A stretch of DNA of 64,000 bases. Origin: Candidatus Versatilivorator sp. GTDB lineage: Bacteria; Acidobacteriota; Terriglobia; Versatilivoradales; Versatilivoraceae. The stretch covers positions 448,001 through 512,000 of the forward strand of contig OZ242296.1 in NCBI GenBank assembly GCA_965207735.1, read 5' to 3'. The position numbers and the translations under genes are program-made. Shown here one piece after another: positions 38,947 to 49,375 of the stretch. Position 1 is the stretch's first letter, and each line of letters begins with the position of its first letter. The notes beneath the pieces were generated by a model. That model saw only the letters and a program-made list of their open reading frames with translations, was not told where the DNA came from and did not search any database.

Positions 38947-40125
38947 TTACCCGTTCCCGAGGAACCTTGCCAGCCTGTCGGCGCCCTTCTGCAGTTGCTC
39001 CATGGAAGTGGCGTAGGAAATGCGAATGTGATCCCGGGTGCCGAACCCTTCCCCAGGCACTACGGCAACCCGGGCCTCATTCAGGAGTTGCAGCGCCAGG
39101 TCGGAGGGGTTCTTCAGACGGCGGGAGTCGAGAAGGCCGCGCAGGTTGGGATAGACATAAAAGGCGCCGTCGGGCCGGTTGCAGGAGATTCCGGCAATGG
39201 CGTTGAGCTTCTCGACGATAAAGCTCCGGCGGTGTGCATACTCTCTCAGCATGTCCGGAATGGAGTCCTGGGGACCGCTTAGGGCCGCCACGGCAGCTTT
39301 CTGGGCGATGGAGTTGGCATTGGAGGTGCAGTGGCTCTGGATCTTGAGCATGGCCTGGATGAGGGGCGCGGGTCCCAGACAGAATCCCACCCTCCAGCCC
39401 GTCATGGCGTAGGTCTTGGATACCGATCCCACCACGGCGACGTGGTCCCGGTAGTCTTTCCCGAGCGACGCCAGCGAAAAGGGTGTCGAACCCTCATAGT
39501 TGAAGTGGCAGTAACACTCATCGGTCAGCACCAACAGGTCCCGCCGGCGTGCCAGTACCGCGATGTCCCGCATGTCTCCCTCCCGAATGGTTGCCCCGCT
39601 GGGGTTGTTGGGTGAATTCAACAGGATCAGACGGGTTCGGGGAGAGACCGCGGCCTCGATCTGAGCCGCGGTGACCCGGAAGTTGTCGGATTCCGAGGTC
39701 GGGACAAACCGGCAGACGGCTCCGGCGTAGTGCACCGCCTCCTTGAAGGTGACCCAGTAGGGGACAGGGATCACTACTTCGTCGCCAGGCTGAAGCAGAG
39801 CGCTGGTCAGGTTGAAGATGGCGTGCTTCCCTCCGACGGTGACCAGGACTTCGCGGGTGGAATAGTCGGACTGAAAGTCGCGGGCGTGCCGCCGCACGAT
39901 GGCTTCTTTCAGTTCGGGAATTCCGTCGGTGGGCGTGTAGCGGGTGAAGTCGTTTTGAATGGCCTCGAAGGCGGCTCGCTTCACGTGGGACGGGGTGGGA
40001 AAATCCGGTTCGCCGGCGCTGAGGTCCACCACATCCACGCCTTGAGCCTTGAGCTGAGCGGCGGCCGCGAAAACGGCCCCCGTCGAGCTGATCGAGATGT
40101 GTCCGACGCGCTGTGAGAGTCTCAT
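38947..40125 (-). CDS. PLP-dependent aminotransferase class I/II (aspartate aminotransferase-like)
   Basis: GEPDF, NSPNNPSG, DECY and SKTYAMTGWRVG. Confidence 0.9.
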   Translation of the reverse strand: MRLSQRVGHISISSTGAVFAAAAQLKAQGVDVVDLSAGEPDFPTPSHVKRAAFEAIQNDFTRYTPTDGIPELKEAIVRRHARDFQSDYSTREVLVTVGGKHAIFNLTSALLQPGDEVVIPVPYWVTFKEAVHYAGAVCRFVPTSESDNFRVTAAQIEAAVSPRTRLILLNSPNNPSGATIREGDMRDIAVLARRRDLLVLTDECYCHFNYEGSTPFSLASLGKDYRDHVAVVGSVSKTYAMTGWRVGFCLGPAPLIQAMLKIQSHCTSNANSIAQKAAVAALSGPQDSIPDMLREYAHRRSFIVEKLNAIAGISCNRPDGAFYVYPNLRGLLDSRRLKNPSDLALQLLNEARVAVVPGEGFGTRDHIRISYATSMEQLQKGADRLARFLGNG

Positions 40126-40652
40126 GATTCGGGATTGGCGGGGGCCGAGGTCTGGCCCTCCCGAGCCACTGAGGCGATCTTTTTCAGAAGCCGGTCCTCC
40201 ACGTTGGGGGGAACCAGTCCGGAGACCGTCCCGCCGAATTGGCAGACTTCCCGCACCAGTCGAGAGCTCAGGTAGCTGTAGGCCTCGGACGGCATCATGA
40301 AGACCGTTTCGATCTGAGGCTCCAGGCGCCGATTCATGAGGGCCATCTGCAGTTCGTACTCGTAGTCGGATACCGCCCGGATGCCGCGGACAATGACCCG
40401 GGCCTGCCACTGCAGGGCGTAGTCGACCAGCAGGCCTTCAAAGGTGTCCACGCGCACATTGGGGTAGTCGCTTCCCAGGGAGGTCCGGATCATGGTCGAC
40501 CGCTCATCGGCCGAGAACAGCGGAGACTTTTCGCTGTTGATCAGGATGGCCACAATGACTTCGTCGAACAGGCGAGAGGCCCGGTGGATGATGTCGAGGT
40601 GCCCATTGGTGAGAGGATCGAAGGACCCGGGATAAAGGGCGATCTTTTTCAT
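40122..40652 (-). CDS. coaD: Pantetheine-phosphate adenylyltransferase
   Basis: YPGSFDPLTNGHLD, RGIRAVSDYEYE and LSS. Confidence 0.95.
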   Translation of the reverse strand: MKKIALYPGSFDPLTNGHLDIIHRASRLFDEVIVAILINSEKSPLFSADERSTMIRTSLGSDYPNVRVDTFEGLLVDYALQWQARVIVRGIRAVSDYEYELQMALMNRRLEPQIETVFMMPSEAYSYLSSRLVREVCQFGGTVSGLVPPNVEDRLLKKIASVAREGQTSAPANPES

Positions 40653-40768
40653 GGCCGGCCTCCAACTCGATGATCTCTTTGGCGTCTTTTCATGGAAACG
40701 GACAGTAACCTCGGGTCAGGAGGTCGCCGGGAGCCATGGCTGATTCAATTCGATGTCGCCAGCTCGAT

Positions 40769-41332
40769 TCAAGTCCCACGATAGAGGCTGAGCTGGCTGT
40801 CCCCGTGCAGGACCTGGCGCACTCGGCTCATATCATGGTATCGGGGCTCCAAGGTCAACCACTTGGAATGTTCGAGGATAACACAGGCTCGAGGGGCGAG
40901 AAGTTGGCAGCGATGAATCTGTTTCAGGGCCTGGGGGTAGTGTTGCACGGCGTCGTAAGGCGGATCGATGAAAACTATATCAAACTTGAGCCCCCGGAGC
41001 TGCAGCATTCGCAGTGAGACCTGGGCCGGGTGGGTCAGCAGCGCGACCCGGTCGGGAGGGGCAGGGGACAGGGACTTCAGGTTGCGCTGAATCACCTGCA
41101 CCGCCCGTGGCGCGCACTCGATCAAGGTGACTCTCCGGGCTCCTCGGCTCAGCGCCTCGATGCCGACGCTGCCGCTACCGGAAAAGCAGTCCAGGAAGAA
41201 GGACTCCTCCACTTCCTCCCGGATCAGGTTGAACAGGGTCTCCTTCAGCCGGTCGGAAGTCGGGCGGGTCTCCAGTCCCTTCAGGGTGGTCAGGCGCTGG
41301 TGCTTGAACTGTCCGGCGATGACGCGAACCAT
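40769..41332 (-). CDS. rsmD: 16S rRNA m2G966 methyltransferase
   Basis: RVIAG, RPTSDRLKETLFN, EALSRGA and DPPY. Confidence 0.92.
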   Translation of the reverse strand: MVRVIAGQFKHQRLTTLKGLETRPTSDRLKETLFNLIREEVEESFFLDCFSGSGSVGIEALSRGARRVTLIECAPRAVQVIQRNLKSLSPAPPDRVALLTHPAQVSLRMLQLRGLKFDIVFIDPPYDAVQHYPQALKQIHRCQLLAPRACVILEHSKWLTLEPRYHDMSRVRQVLHGDSQLSLYRGT

Positions 41333-41409
41333 GCGAGCAACCCTCCTCCACGAAAGAAAGCCGTCTCTCCGCCAGTCCGGGGAGGTGCATTTCCGACCGG
41401 GGTCGGAAT

Positions 41410-43521
41410 CTACCCCACTCCCACCAGGCCGTAGTGAGCTTGCCATCCTGAGCTCAGGCCGGCGACCCATTGGCGTATTGACGACTGCGATTCGAAGTTG
41501 TCCACCAGGGTTGCGGCCTCTTTGCGGGCGGTCTCCAGAGTGCGGCGGTCGCGCAGCAGTTGAGCCACGCGCAAGGTCGGTAGACCCGACTGTCGGGCGC
41601 CGAAAAATTCCCCCGGGCCCCGTATCTCCAGATCCTTCTCTGCAATGACAAACCCGTCGGTGGTTTCCCGCAGACAATTCAGTCGTTGGGCGCCTTCCGG
41701 GGTGATCGTCCCGGCACCCTGCATCAGCAAGCAGTAAGACGGCTCGCGCCCCCGCCCGACCCGGCCTCGGAGCTGGTGCAACTGCGCCAGACCGAAGCGC
41801 TCGGCGTGCTCGATGAGCATCACGGTCGCATTGGCCACGTCCATCCCGACCTCGATCACGGTTGTCGAAACCAGGATGTCGGTCTGGCCGGCGGCGAAGC
41901 GTTGCATGACGGCGTCCTTTTCCATGCTCTTGAGCCGGCCGTGGAGCAGCTCGACCCGAGAGTCGGGGAAGACCTGCCCTTGCAGGTGCTCAAAGATTCT
42001 CCGCGCCGGCCGCAGGTCCAGCTTGGGAGAGTCTTCGATCAGAGGGCAGAGCACGTAGACCTGTCTGCCCTGCTTGACCTGGCCGGCAATGAACCGATAG
42101 GCCTGAGACCGCTTCAGGTCGTCCAGCAGGTAGGTCTTGACGGGGCTCCGGTTGGGAGGCATCTCGTCAATGACGGAGACGTCCAGATCGCCGTAGAGCG
42201 TCAGGGAGAGCGTCCGGGGAATCGGCGTGGCCGTCATCACCAGGGTATGGGGATGCGCGCCTTTATTCATGAGGTTGAAGCGTTGCCGGACCCCGAATCG
42301 GTGCTGTTCGTCAATGATGACCAGTCCCAGCTTGCGGAAGGCGACGTCCGGTTCCAGCAGGGCATGGGTGCCAATCAGGATCTGGAGTCTCCCCTGGGAC
42401 AATTCCTCCAGCAGGACCCTCCGTTCCGCCTTCTTCAGCCCGCTGGTCAGCAGCCCCACGCGGTACCCGCTCCTGGCGAACAGCCGACCGGCGTAGTGGT
42501 GGTGTTGCTCCGCCAGAATCTCGGTGGGCGCCATGAAGGCCACCTGGGCGCCATTCTCCACGGCCAGGGCGCTGGCCTGCAGGGCGACAACGGTCTTGCC
42601 GCATCCGACGTCTCCCTGCAGGAGGCGATTCATGGGAGTGGCCTGGCGCATGTCCTCGGCCATCTCGTCGAGAACCCTTTCCTGTGCCCGGGTCGGTCGG
42701 AAGGGTAGAAAATTGCTGGCGGTCCGGCGGAGGCTGGGATCGATGTGGAAAGGCATCCCTCGGGCGTTGCGGGCCAGACGACGTTTCCACCGGACTCCCA
42801 CTTCCAGCAGAAACAACTCCTCGAAGATCAACCTTCTCAGAGCCGGAGTGCGCTTGGCGGCCAGATCCTCCCCGGGTGTTTCCGCGGAGGGAAAGTGGGA
42901 TTCCTGCAAGGCCGCCCTGCGGTCCATGAGGTCGTGGCGCTCCAGAATCGCCAACGGCAAAGTTTCCGGGATGTGGGAGAGTTCCGACAGAACGGTATGG
43001 ATCAACCGGCGCAGAGTACGGGTTCCCAAGCCCCTGGCGGCCTCGTAGACCGGAACGATTCGCCCCATGTCGATCGAGCCCTGAATGGGGACCGCTTCGT
43101 CCAGGATTTCAAACTCGGGATTGATCACTTGCAGGCTGCCGGTGCCGAAGGGGTCGGTCTCGAATTTGCCGTGAAAGATGACCTGCTGTCCCCGCCTGAA
43201 GATATTGCGCTGATGCAGATATTCCGAGTGAAACCATTTGCAGCGGATCAGGCCGGTCTTGTCGCGGGCGGACAAGTCGAAGATCTTGAGCCGACTCTTG
43301 CGGGTGATAGTCAAGCGGGTAGTCGATACCTCGACCAATATCGAAGTCTTTGCTCCCGGCTGAAGGTCGCTTACCCTGCAAAATCGGGTGCGGTCCTCGT
43401 ATCTGTAGGGAAGGGTGTAAAGCAGATCTTCAACGGTGTGGATGTTCTTGGCGGCAAGGTCGTGGGCTCTCCTGGGTCCCACCCCCTTGACGAATTGCAC
43501 CGGAGTCTGAAGTTCCAGCAT
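41410..43521 (-). CDS. recG: ATP-dependent DNA helicase RecG
   Basis: LLQGDVGCGKT, DEQHRFG, MTATPIPR and QLHQLRGRVGR. Confidence 0.95.
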   Translation of the reverse strand: MLELQTPVQFVKGVGPRRAHDLAAKNIHTVEDLLYTLPYRYEDRTRFCRVSDLQPGAKTSILVEVSTTRLTITRKSRLKIFDLSARDKTGLIRCKWFHSEYLHQRNIFRRGQQVIFHGKFETDPFGTGSLQVINPEFEILDEAVPIQGSIDMGRIVPVYEAARGLGTRTLRRLIHTVLSELSHIPETLPLAILERHDLMDRRAALQESHFPSAETPGEDLAAKRTPALRRLIFEELFLLEVGVRWKRRLARNARGMPFHIDPSLRRTASNFLPFRPTRAQERVLDEMAEDMRQATPMNRLLQGDVGCGKTVVALQASALAVENGAQVAFMAPTEILAEQHHHYAGRLFARSGYRVGLLTSGLKKAERRVLLEELSQGRLQILIGTHALLEPDVAFRKLGLVIIDEQHRFGVRQRFNLMNKGAHPHTLVMTATPIPRTLSLTLYGDLDVSVIDEMPPNRSPVKTYLLDDLKRSQAYRFIAGQVKQGRQVYVLCPLIEDSPKLDLRPARRIFEHLQGQVFPDSRVELLHGRLKSMEKDAVMQRFAAGQTDILVSTTVIEVGMDVANATVMLIEHAERFGLAQLHQLRGRVGRGREPSYCLLMQGAGTITPEGAQRLNCLRETTDGFVIAEKDLEIRGPGEFFGARQSGLPTLRVAQLLRDRRTLETARKEAATLVDNFESQSSIRQWVAGLSSGWQAHYGLVGVG

Positions 43522-43627
43522 GTGGCAGTCGGCCGGTGAGAATTACCCGCCACCGGGAAGAACCGTCCGGACAGCAAGCGGAATTGCTGCCAATCCTGGG
43601 TTCCTGGAGAGCCACGCTCTTCCAGGG

Positions 43628-44744
43628 CTAGGGTTGCGAGGCGGGCGCCGGGTTGCGGGCCCAGACCAGGTAGCTCTTGATGAACGGATTGATGTCGCCG
43701 TCGAGGACTCGGTCGGCATCGCCCACTTCCTTCTTGGTGCGGTGATCCTTGACCAGTCGATAGGGGTGGAGCACGTAGGAACGGATCTGGCTGCCCCAGG
43801 CGATATCCAGCTTGCTGTCTTCGATGGCGCGGCTTTCAGCCCGTTTCTTCTCCAGTTCAGCCTCGTAGAGACGGGAACGCAGGATCTTCATGGCCACTGA
43901 CCGATTCTTGTGCTGGGAACGTTCGTTTTGGCACTGCACCACGATCCCGGTGGGCAGGTGAGTGATGCGCACTGCCGAATCGGTGGTATTGACGTGTTGT
44001 CCTCCGGCGCCGGTGGAGCGATAGGTGTCGATCCTGAGATCCTTTTCCTCGATGACCACCTCGAGGGCGTCATCGATCTCCGGAGAGACGAACACGGAAG
44101 AGAAGGAGGTGTGCCGGCGCTTGTTGGCGTCGAAGGGAGAGATGCGGACCAGTCGGTGCACCCCCACCTCGGACATCAGGAGTCCATAGGCGTTGAGACC
44201 CTTGATGGCAATGGTTGCCGATTTGATCCCGGCCTCCTCGCCGGCCTGGCTGTCCACCAGCTCATGTCTGAAGTCCTGCTGTTCGGCCCATCGCAGGTAC
44301 ATGCGCAACAACATTTCGGCCCAGTCCTGGGACTCGGTGCCGCCGGCTCCGGGGTGGACCGTCAGGAAAGCATTGGACTGGGCATTCTCGCCGCTGAGGA
44401 GCGTCCGGGTTTCGGCATCCCCCACCCGTGATTCCAGCCGGGCTATCTCCAGTTGGATTTCCCCCTTGACGTCCTCGCCTTCGGCTCCCAGGTCGAAATA
44501 GGCTTCCAGGTCTTCAACCGCTCGACACAGTTCGCCGTCCAGGGCCAGGACGGCTTCCAGTTGCTTGCGCCTTTGCAGCAACTCCTGGGACTGGGACTGG
44601 TCCGTCCAAAAGGCCGGATCGGCGATTTTATTTTCCAGTTGGTGGAGTTCCTTGCGGTTGCTTTCGGCGTCAAAGATAGCTCCGTATGTCCCGCACCCGT
44701 TTCTCCAGTGCCTGAAAATTTCGGGTCAATTCCTCCGGTACCAT
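43628..44744 (-). CDS. prfB: Peptide chain release factor 2 (programmed +1 frameshift)
   Basis: SPF and GGQ motifs. A 24-codon leader ends GGAG-CTAT-CTT-TGA-C at 44683-44669. Confidence 0.95.
44669..44683 (-). promoter_or_regulatory. RF2 autoregulatory frameshift site (CTT TGA C with upstream SD-like GGAG)
   Basis: The minus strand reads CGGAGCTATCTTTGAC. Confidence 0.92.
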
Positions 44745-44850
44745 TGTTTTCTCCCGATTGTCGAATCGCTGAAACAGGAACGTCGGCCGTCTCGCTCCTC
44801 ACGGAGGGCAATCTTAGCACAGGGCAGAGAACGAGGCAGGGAATGCCGTC

Positions 44851-45153
44851 CACCCGGGAGCGCGGGCGTCCCGCCCGCACAAAACCCGGCACAGCTTCCC
44901 CCAATCTCTCCCACTTCGATGGACCGGAAACGGCGCCATTGCTCCCCTTCCGCCTGGATCATGCGGCGCCCGCCGACAGGGTGGCTGCCTGCAGCGCCGA
45001 TAGCCAGGATGGCGAAGAGAAGCATCTCCCGGCAGTCGGGCGCGCCCGGGCGAAGAGCCCCGTTCAAGGGGGCCGGTTGCGGTCAGCCGGGGATTGGCGG
45101 GGGAAAGTGGGTTGGCGGCAAGAGAATGTGGGCGGGGTGCCCGCGCTCCCGGG
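44851..45153. repeat. REP-like inverted-repeat-bounded ~300-bp element
   Basis: CCCGGGAGCGCGGGCGTCCCGCCCGCAC ... GTGGGCGGGGTGCCCGCGCTCCCGGG. Confidence 0.7.
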
Positions 45154-45178
45154 GAATGCCGACCGGCGGCGGGGGAGG

Positions 45179-45379
45179 CTACTTCTGTTGCTCCGCCAAC
45201 TCGCGCTTGGTGAAGCCCTCAAACAGCCCCTCCAGGCGCGCCATCCGTTCTCGGAGACCGGCTACATCCTCTCGGACATAGCGGATTTCCTGGCGCAAGT
45301 CTCCGGTCACCTTCCATCCAAGGCTCACCAGGGAAACGCCAAGGATGCCGATGGCGATCAATTCCGCGCTAATTTTCAT
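45179..45379 (-). CDS. Small hypothetical protein (one TM helix + coiled coil)
   Basis: 66 aa with a strong AAGGAG RBS, a hydrophobic N-terminus and LRERMARLEGLFEG heptads. Confidence 0.65.
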   Translation of the reverse strand: MKISAELIAIGILGVSLVSLGWKVTGDLRQEIRYVREDVAGLRERMARLEGLFEGFTKRELAEQQK

Positions 45380-45611
45380 CGCTGATACTCCTTACCACTT
45401 TGACGGACTTGCCGAGAGGGAGATCAGACAAGTTGGGGTGTTGATTTGTTATGGGCCCGCCCGGTTAGTGTACCACGGTTAGCCGGGCTTGAAAGAAGAG
45501 AGGCGCGGCGCCCTCAATGAACGGACGCAGGAATCCCCGGGGTGGAGTCCGCTGAGTCAATCCCGACTGAATGCGGGCCAGAGGTTGGCGAAAGCCGTTC
45601 GCCTGTTTCGC

Positions 45612-45641
45612 TTGACAATTGGCGGACGGACCCGGTATAAG
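45612..45641 (+). promoter_or_regulatory. Sigma70-type promoter for rpsT
   Basis: TTGACA-18 bp-TATAAG. Confidence 0.6.
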
Positions 45642-45697
45642 GTGTCGCGCTTGCGGTGCTGAGGCGCCGGAGCGGACCCAAATCGGGGGAAGACGAA

Positions 45698-45979
45698 ATG
45701 GCCAGACACAAATCAGCAATGAAACGAGCCCGTCAGAACGAGCACAGGCGCTTGGCCAGGCGGAGCAAGATGCGCCGGCTGCGCACCCAGTTGGGAAGAA
45801 TCAGAAACGCCATTTCCGAGAAGAACACCGAGCAGGTCGATCGGTTGCTGGCGCCGACGCTGTCTCTGATCGACAGCTCCACCCACGGCAGCCTCATCCA
45901 CCGAAACAAGGCGGCCCGCCAGAAATCCCGCCTGATGTCCCAGATCAACACCCTCTCCGGCAGCGCCTCTTCCTCCTGA
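45698..45979 (+). CDS. rpsT: 30S ribosomal protein S20
   Basis: MARHKSAMKRARQ...IHRNKAARQKSRL. Confidence 0.92.
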   Translation: MARHKSAMKRARQNEHRRLARRSKMRRLRTQLGRIRNAISEKNTEQVDRLLAPTLSLIDSSTHGSLIHRNKAARQKSRLMSQINTLSGSASSS

Positions 45980-46063
45980 CACTTTACAGTCCCATGTCTC
46001 GGCTCGACCGCTGATCCCCCCTTGCACGGGGGCGACTGCCTGGGATAGCATCGCCCTGATCCC

Positions 46064-47434
46064 ATGGCTACCCAGAACCTGTTCGATCCCTACCAGCTTC
46101 GTCCCGAAAACATCGAGGATCCCCCGCGGACCTATACCAGCATTTTTCGACGGATCGGTCCGGGCCTGATTCTTGCCAGCGGCATCGTCGGCTCGGGCGA
46201 GTTGATTGCCACCACGGTGCTGGGCGCCGAGGCCGGTTATACGCTCCTGTGGCTGATCATTCTGAGCTGCTTCATCAAGGTGGTGGTTCAGAACGAGCTG
46301 GGGCGGTATGCCATTGGCACCGGCGAAACCACGCTGGAGGCCTTCGACCGGGCGCCGGGTCCCCGTTTGCGGGCCTCCTGGCTGGTCTGGGCCTGGTTCC
46401 TGATGGTGATGTTTACGCTCTTGCAGGTGGGCGGAATGCTGGGGGGCGTTTCCGAGGTGCTCAACCGGCTGGTTCCCGCGGTGCCCATCGGAGTCTGGGT
46501 CTGGGTGGTGAACCTGTTGACGGTTGTCCTGCTCATCGGCGGCCGCTACTGGGTGGTGGAAAGAGTCTCCATGGGGCTGGTGGTCTGCTTTACGGTCCTG
46601 ACCGTCAGTTGCGCCTTCCTGATGTTCAAGCTGCCCCAGTACTTTTCCTGGTCGCAGGTGGTATCGGGGTTGTCCTTTCAGCTCCCGGAAGGAGGGCTCA
46701 TCACCGCCGTGGCCGCTTTCGGCATCACCGGAGTGGGAGCCACCGAGCTGGTGGTGTATCCCTACTGGTGCCTGGAGAAAGGGTATGCCCGCTACAGCGG
46801 CCCTCGCGACGGGAGTCCGGCCTGGCGGGAAAGGGCAGGCGGGTGGATTCGGGTCATGGGGGTGGACGTCGTCAATTCCATGGTCATTTACACTTTCGCC
46901 ACGGTGGCCTTTTACTTTCTGGGAGCGGGAATCCTGCACGCACGCGGCCTGGTGCCCAGCGGCTCCGAAATGGTCCTGGTGCTTGCCAACATGTACACCG
47001 AAACCATGGGCGAATGGTCGCTGCCGCTCTTCCTGGTGGGTGCTTTCGCGGTGCTCTATTCCACCATCTTTGCCGCTACGGCCGCGCACAGCCGGGTGTT
47101 CGCCGATTTTGCAGGCATCCTGAAGCTCTACGACAAGACCGACTACGCCAAACGCCTCCAGGTGACGCGCCTCTTCGTGGTCATCCTTCTTTTCGTGCCC
47201 TCCCTCTATTTCATGTTTCTGCAGGCGCCGGTGCTGATGGTCATCATCGGCGGAGCGGCTCAGGCCCTCATGTTGCCCGTCATTGCCATCTACACGGTCT
47301 ACCTGCGTTACCGCCACATGCCGGGAGAGCTCCTTCCCGACGCATGGGTGACCCTGGCCCTGTGGATCTCGGCCGTGGTCATGGCCCTCATGATGGGCTA
47401 TTCCCTCATTCAGCGAATCGTGGGACTGAGATAG
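46064..47434 (+). CDS. Nramp-like membrane transporter
   Basis: IGPGLILASGIVGSGELIATT and FGITGVGATE...YPYWCLEKGY. Confidence 0.8.
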   Translation: MATQNLFDPYQLRPENIEDPPRTYTSIFRRIGPGLILASGIVGSGELIATTVLGAEAGYTLLWLIILSCFIKVVVQNELGRYAIGTGETTLEAFDRAPGPRLRASWLVWAWFLMVMFTLLQVGGMLGGVSEVLNRLVPAVPIGVWVWVVNLLTVVLLIGGRYWVVERVSMGLVVCFTVLTVSCAFLMFKLPQYFSWSQVVSGLSFQLPEGGLITAVAAFGITGVGATELVVYPYWCLEKGYARYSGPRDGSPAWRERAGGWIRVMGVDVVNSMVIYTFATVAFYFLGAGILHARGLVPSGSEMVLVLANMYTETMGEWSLPLFLVGAFAVLYSTIFAATAAHSRVFADFAGILKLYDKTDYAKRLQVTRLFVVILLFVPSLYFMFLQAPVLMVIIGGAAQALMLPVIAIYTVYLRYRHMPGELLPDAWVTLALWISAVVMALMMGYSLIQRIVGLR

Positions 47435-47451
47435 AGCCGGCGCGGCCTGAA

Positions 47452-48735
47452 TTAGGCGTGGGCGGGGACCTTCCGGGTGACGTAGGGGACGGTTTGCGGG
47501 CCTTCGGGGAGCACGGCGATGCGGCAGTCCGGACCCGAAGCCGCCTGCAGCTGCCTCACCAGGCCGCCAATGTCCCGAACCGGCTTGAGGTGGGCGTCCA
47601 GGACGTCGGAATCGGGCAAGGTCGAGTAGAGGTATACCTCCGACTTCATCAGGATCTTGGCCAGGATCTGAACCTGCCATTGATCCTGAATGGTCTCGGT
47701 GTGACTGTGAATGTTGGAGAGCACCTCGGCGGGAGACCGTCCGGAGCGCAGCAATTGGCCGAAGGGTCCCTCTGAAGGCAGGCCGTCGCAGCACTCCGAA
47801 GCCATGACAATGGTTCCGCCCGGCCTGACGATGCGGGAGGCGGCCGACATGCCCTTGACGGCCTGGTAGAGATTCAGATCCAGGGGGAACCCCGAATTGG
47901 TGGTCACGACAACATCGAAGGGCTGCTCCACCGGTCGCATGACCGATTCTCGTGCAAACCGGCATCCCTCTTCGTGAGCCTCCTTCCAGTCTCCCGCGAA
48001 AACACCCGTAATTTCCCGGTCCTTGTTGAGGGTGACGTTGACGATGAAGTCTGGCCGGACCAGAGCTGCAATTTCCGACATTTCCCGGTAGATGGGATTG
48101 TTGACGGTCTCTCCCCAGGTGGCATTGGGATTGTCGATCATTGGAGCCGAGTGGTTCCTCAGGATGCTCTCGAAGGCTCCCACTCCCAACAATACCGCCT
48201 TGGGTCCCCCCGAGAATCCCGCAAACAAATGGGGCTCGATGAACCCCGTCAGGATTTTGAGCCGGGCCTGCACGAAATCCTTGTTGACCCAGACCTGGTT
48301 GCCGTATCGGCTGGCGCCGAGATGAACCATGCTGGAACGTTCCCGGGGTTGGTGCTGCACGATGCGGTAGTTGTCGAGGATCTCCCTCCCCAGCATGGCC
48401 TCCAGCTCCTGGGGCGTGTTGGACCGGTGGGTACCCACGGCGTTGATCAAGGTGATGTTTTCTTTCGGGACCTGGTCCAGTTCGGATAGCACGATCGGCA
48501 GTACCCTGTCGCTTGGCATGGCCCGTGTGCGGTCGGGAAAGATGACGGCCACCGAGGTGTCGGCGGCGGCCAGCTCGCGCAGTGGGGCCGCGGCCACCGG
48601 ATTCCGAAGCGCATGGAGAAGGGAGGCGGCTTCGTCCTCCAGTCCCTTTACGAACTGGGGCTCGATGACCTCGATTCCCCGTTCCGGAAAATCCACCTCC
48701 AGTCCGTTTTTCCCGTAAGCCAGTGTTACCTTCAT
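47452..48735 (-). CDS. larA: LarA-family nickel-pincer-dependent racemase/epimerase
   Basis: DRTR, AVGTHR, EPHLFAGFSGGPK, YQAVKG and ASECCDG. Confidence 0.85.
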   Translation of the reverse strand: MKVTLAYGKNGLEVDFPERGIEVIEPQFVKGLEDEAASLLHALRNPVAAAPLRELAAADTSVAVIFPDRTRAMPSDRVLPIVLSELDQVPKENITLINAVGTHRSNTPQELEAMLGREILDNYRIVQHQPRERSSMVHLGASRYGNQVWVNKDFVQARLKILTGFIEPHLFAGFSGGPKAVLLGVGAFESILRNHSAPMIDNPNATWGETVNNPIYREMSEIAALVRPDFIVNVTLNKDREITGVFAGDWKEAHEEGCRFARESVMRPVEQPFDVVVTTNSGFPLDLNLYQAVKGMSAASRIVRPGGTIVMASECCDGLPSEGPFGQLLRSGRSPAEVLSNIHSHTETIQDQWQVQILAKILMKSEVYLYSTLPDSDVLDAHLKPVRDIGGLVRQLQAASGPDCRIAVLPEGPQTVPYVTRKVPAHA

Positions 48736-48886
48736 GTCCTCTCCAGAGTTGCCCGCAATCGCCGTGCTTCTGAACCGCTTTCCCTGACCGCGCCCATCAC
48801 GGCGTAAATGGGGAAGCTGTCAAACAGAATGTTGACCCGCTCGGGAGCTTATTATACTTTGATTCCGACCACGGTCGGAGTCTCGT

Positions 48887-48952
48887 CCGCATTTCTCGCC
48901 AGGTCGCTGGTGCCATGACGAAAAGTAGTTTATCGTCACCTGGTGAAGGAAT
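48887..48952. repeat. Short (internally deleted) copy of the 62528-62657 element
   Basis: CCGCATTTCTCGCCAGGTCGCTGGTGCCATGACGAAAAGTAGTTTATCGTCA aligns with 62529-62580. Confidence 0.65.
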
Positions 48953-49009
48953 CGATATCGAAGCTGCTCGAGCAGGATCGGGCAGTCGGTCACCCGCGGA
49001 AAACCAGCC

Positions 49010-49366
49010 ATGCGAGAGAGCGACTTTTTCGATGAGAAGGACGTCAGGAAGCCGACCCAACTGACCTGTCCTTTCTGCGGCCGCACCTTTCAGTACGAGG
49101 TGCGTTGGCGACAGCGGCTCAAGAAGAGGCGCCTGCCCGGGGGCGCTTCTTCAGAGGACCGCCGGCGGTTTGGCAAGGCTCAGTCCTACCTGGTCCGGAT
49201 CGACGACAAGGTTGGCTGCCAGAACGGGCGATGCCGCAGGCGGTTTGAGATTGCCAGTTTTCAAACCGTCGTCTTTCTTTCCGAATCCGACCACTTGTCG
49301 GAGCGGACCCGCGAGCAGCCGAAGAGAACTCGACCCCGCGGGAACCCGAATCGAAACCACCGCTGA
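49010..49366 (+). CDS. Hypothetical protein with putative Zn ribbon
   Basis: CPFC...CQNGRC. Confidence 0.65.
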   Translation: MRESDFFDEKDVRKPTQLTCPFCGRTFQYEVRWRQRLKKRRLPGGASSEDRRRFGKAQSYLVRIDDKVGCQNGRCRRRFEIASFQTVVFLSESDHLSERTREQPKRTRPRGNPNRNHR

Positions 49367-49375
49367 GGTAGAGCT

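Noticed and set aside
44669-44675. Sequencing error or pseudogene in prfB
   Set aside because: This is the canonical CTT-TGA-C programmed frameshift, which is well known and not novel.
45713-47965. 750-aa minus-strand ORF and similar long overlapping ORFs elsewhere
   Set aside because: These are antisense or alternate-frame ORFs typical of high-GC DNA, overlapping genes with clear family motifs.
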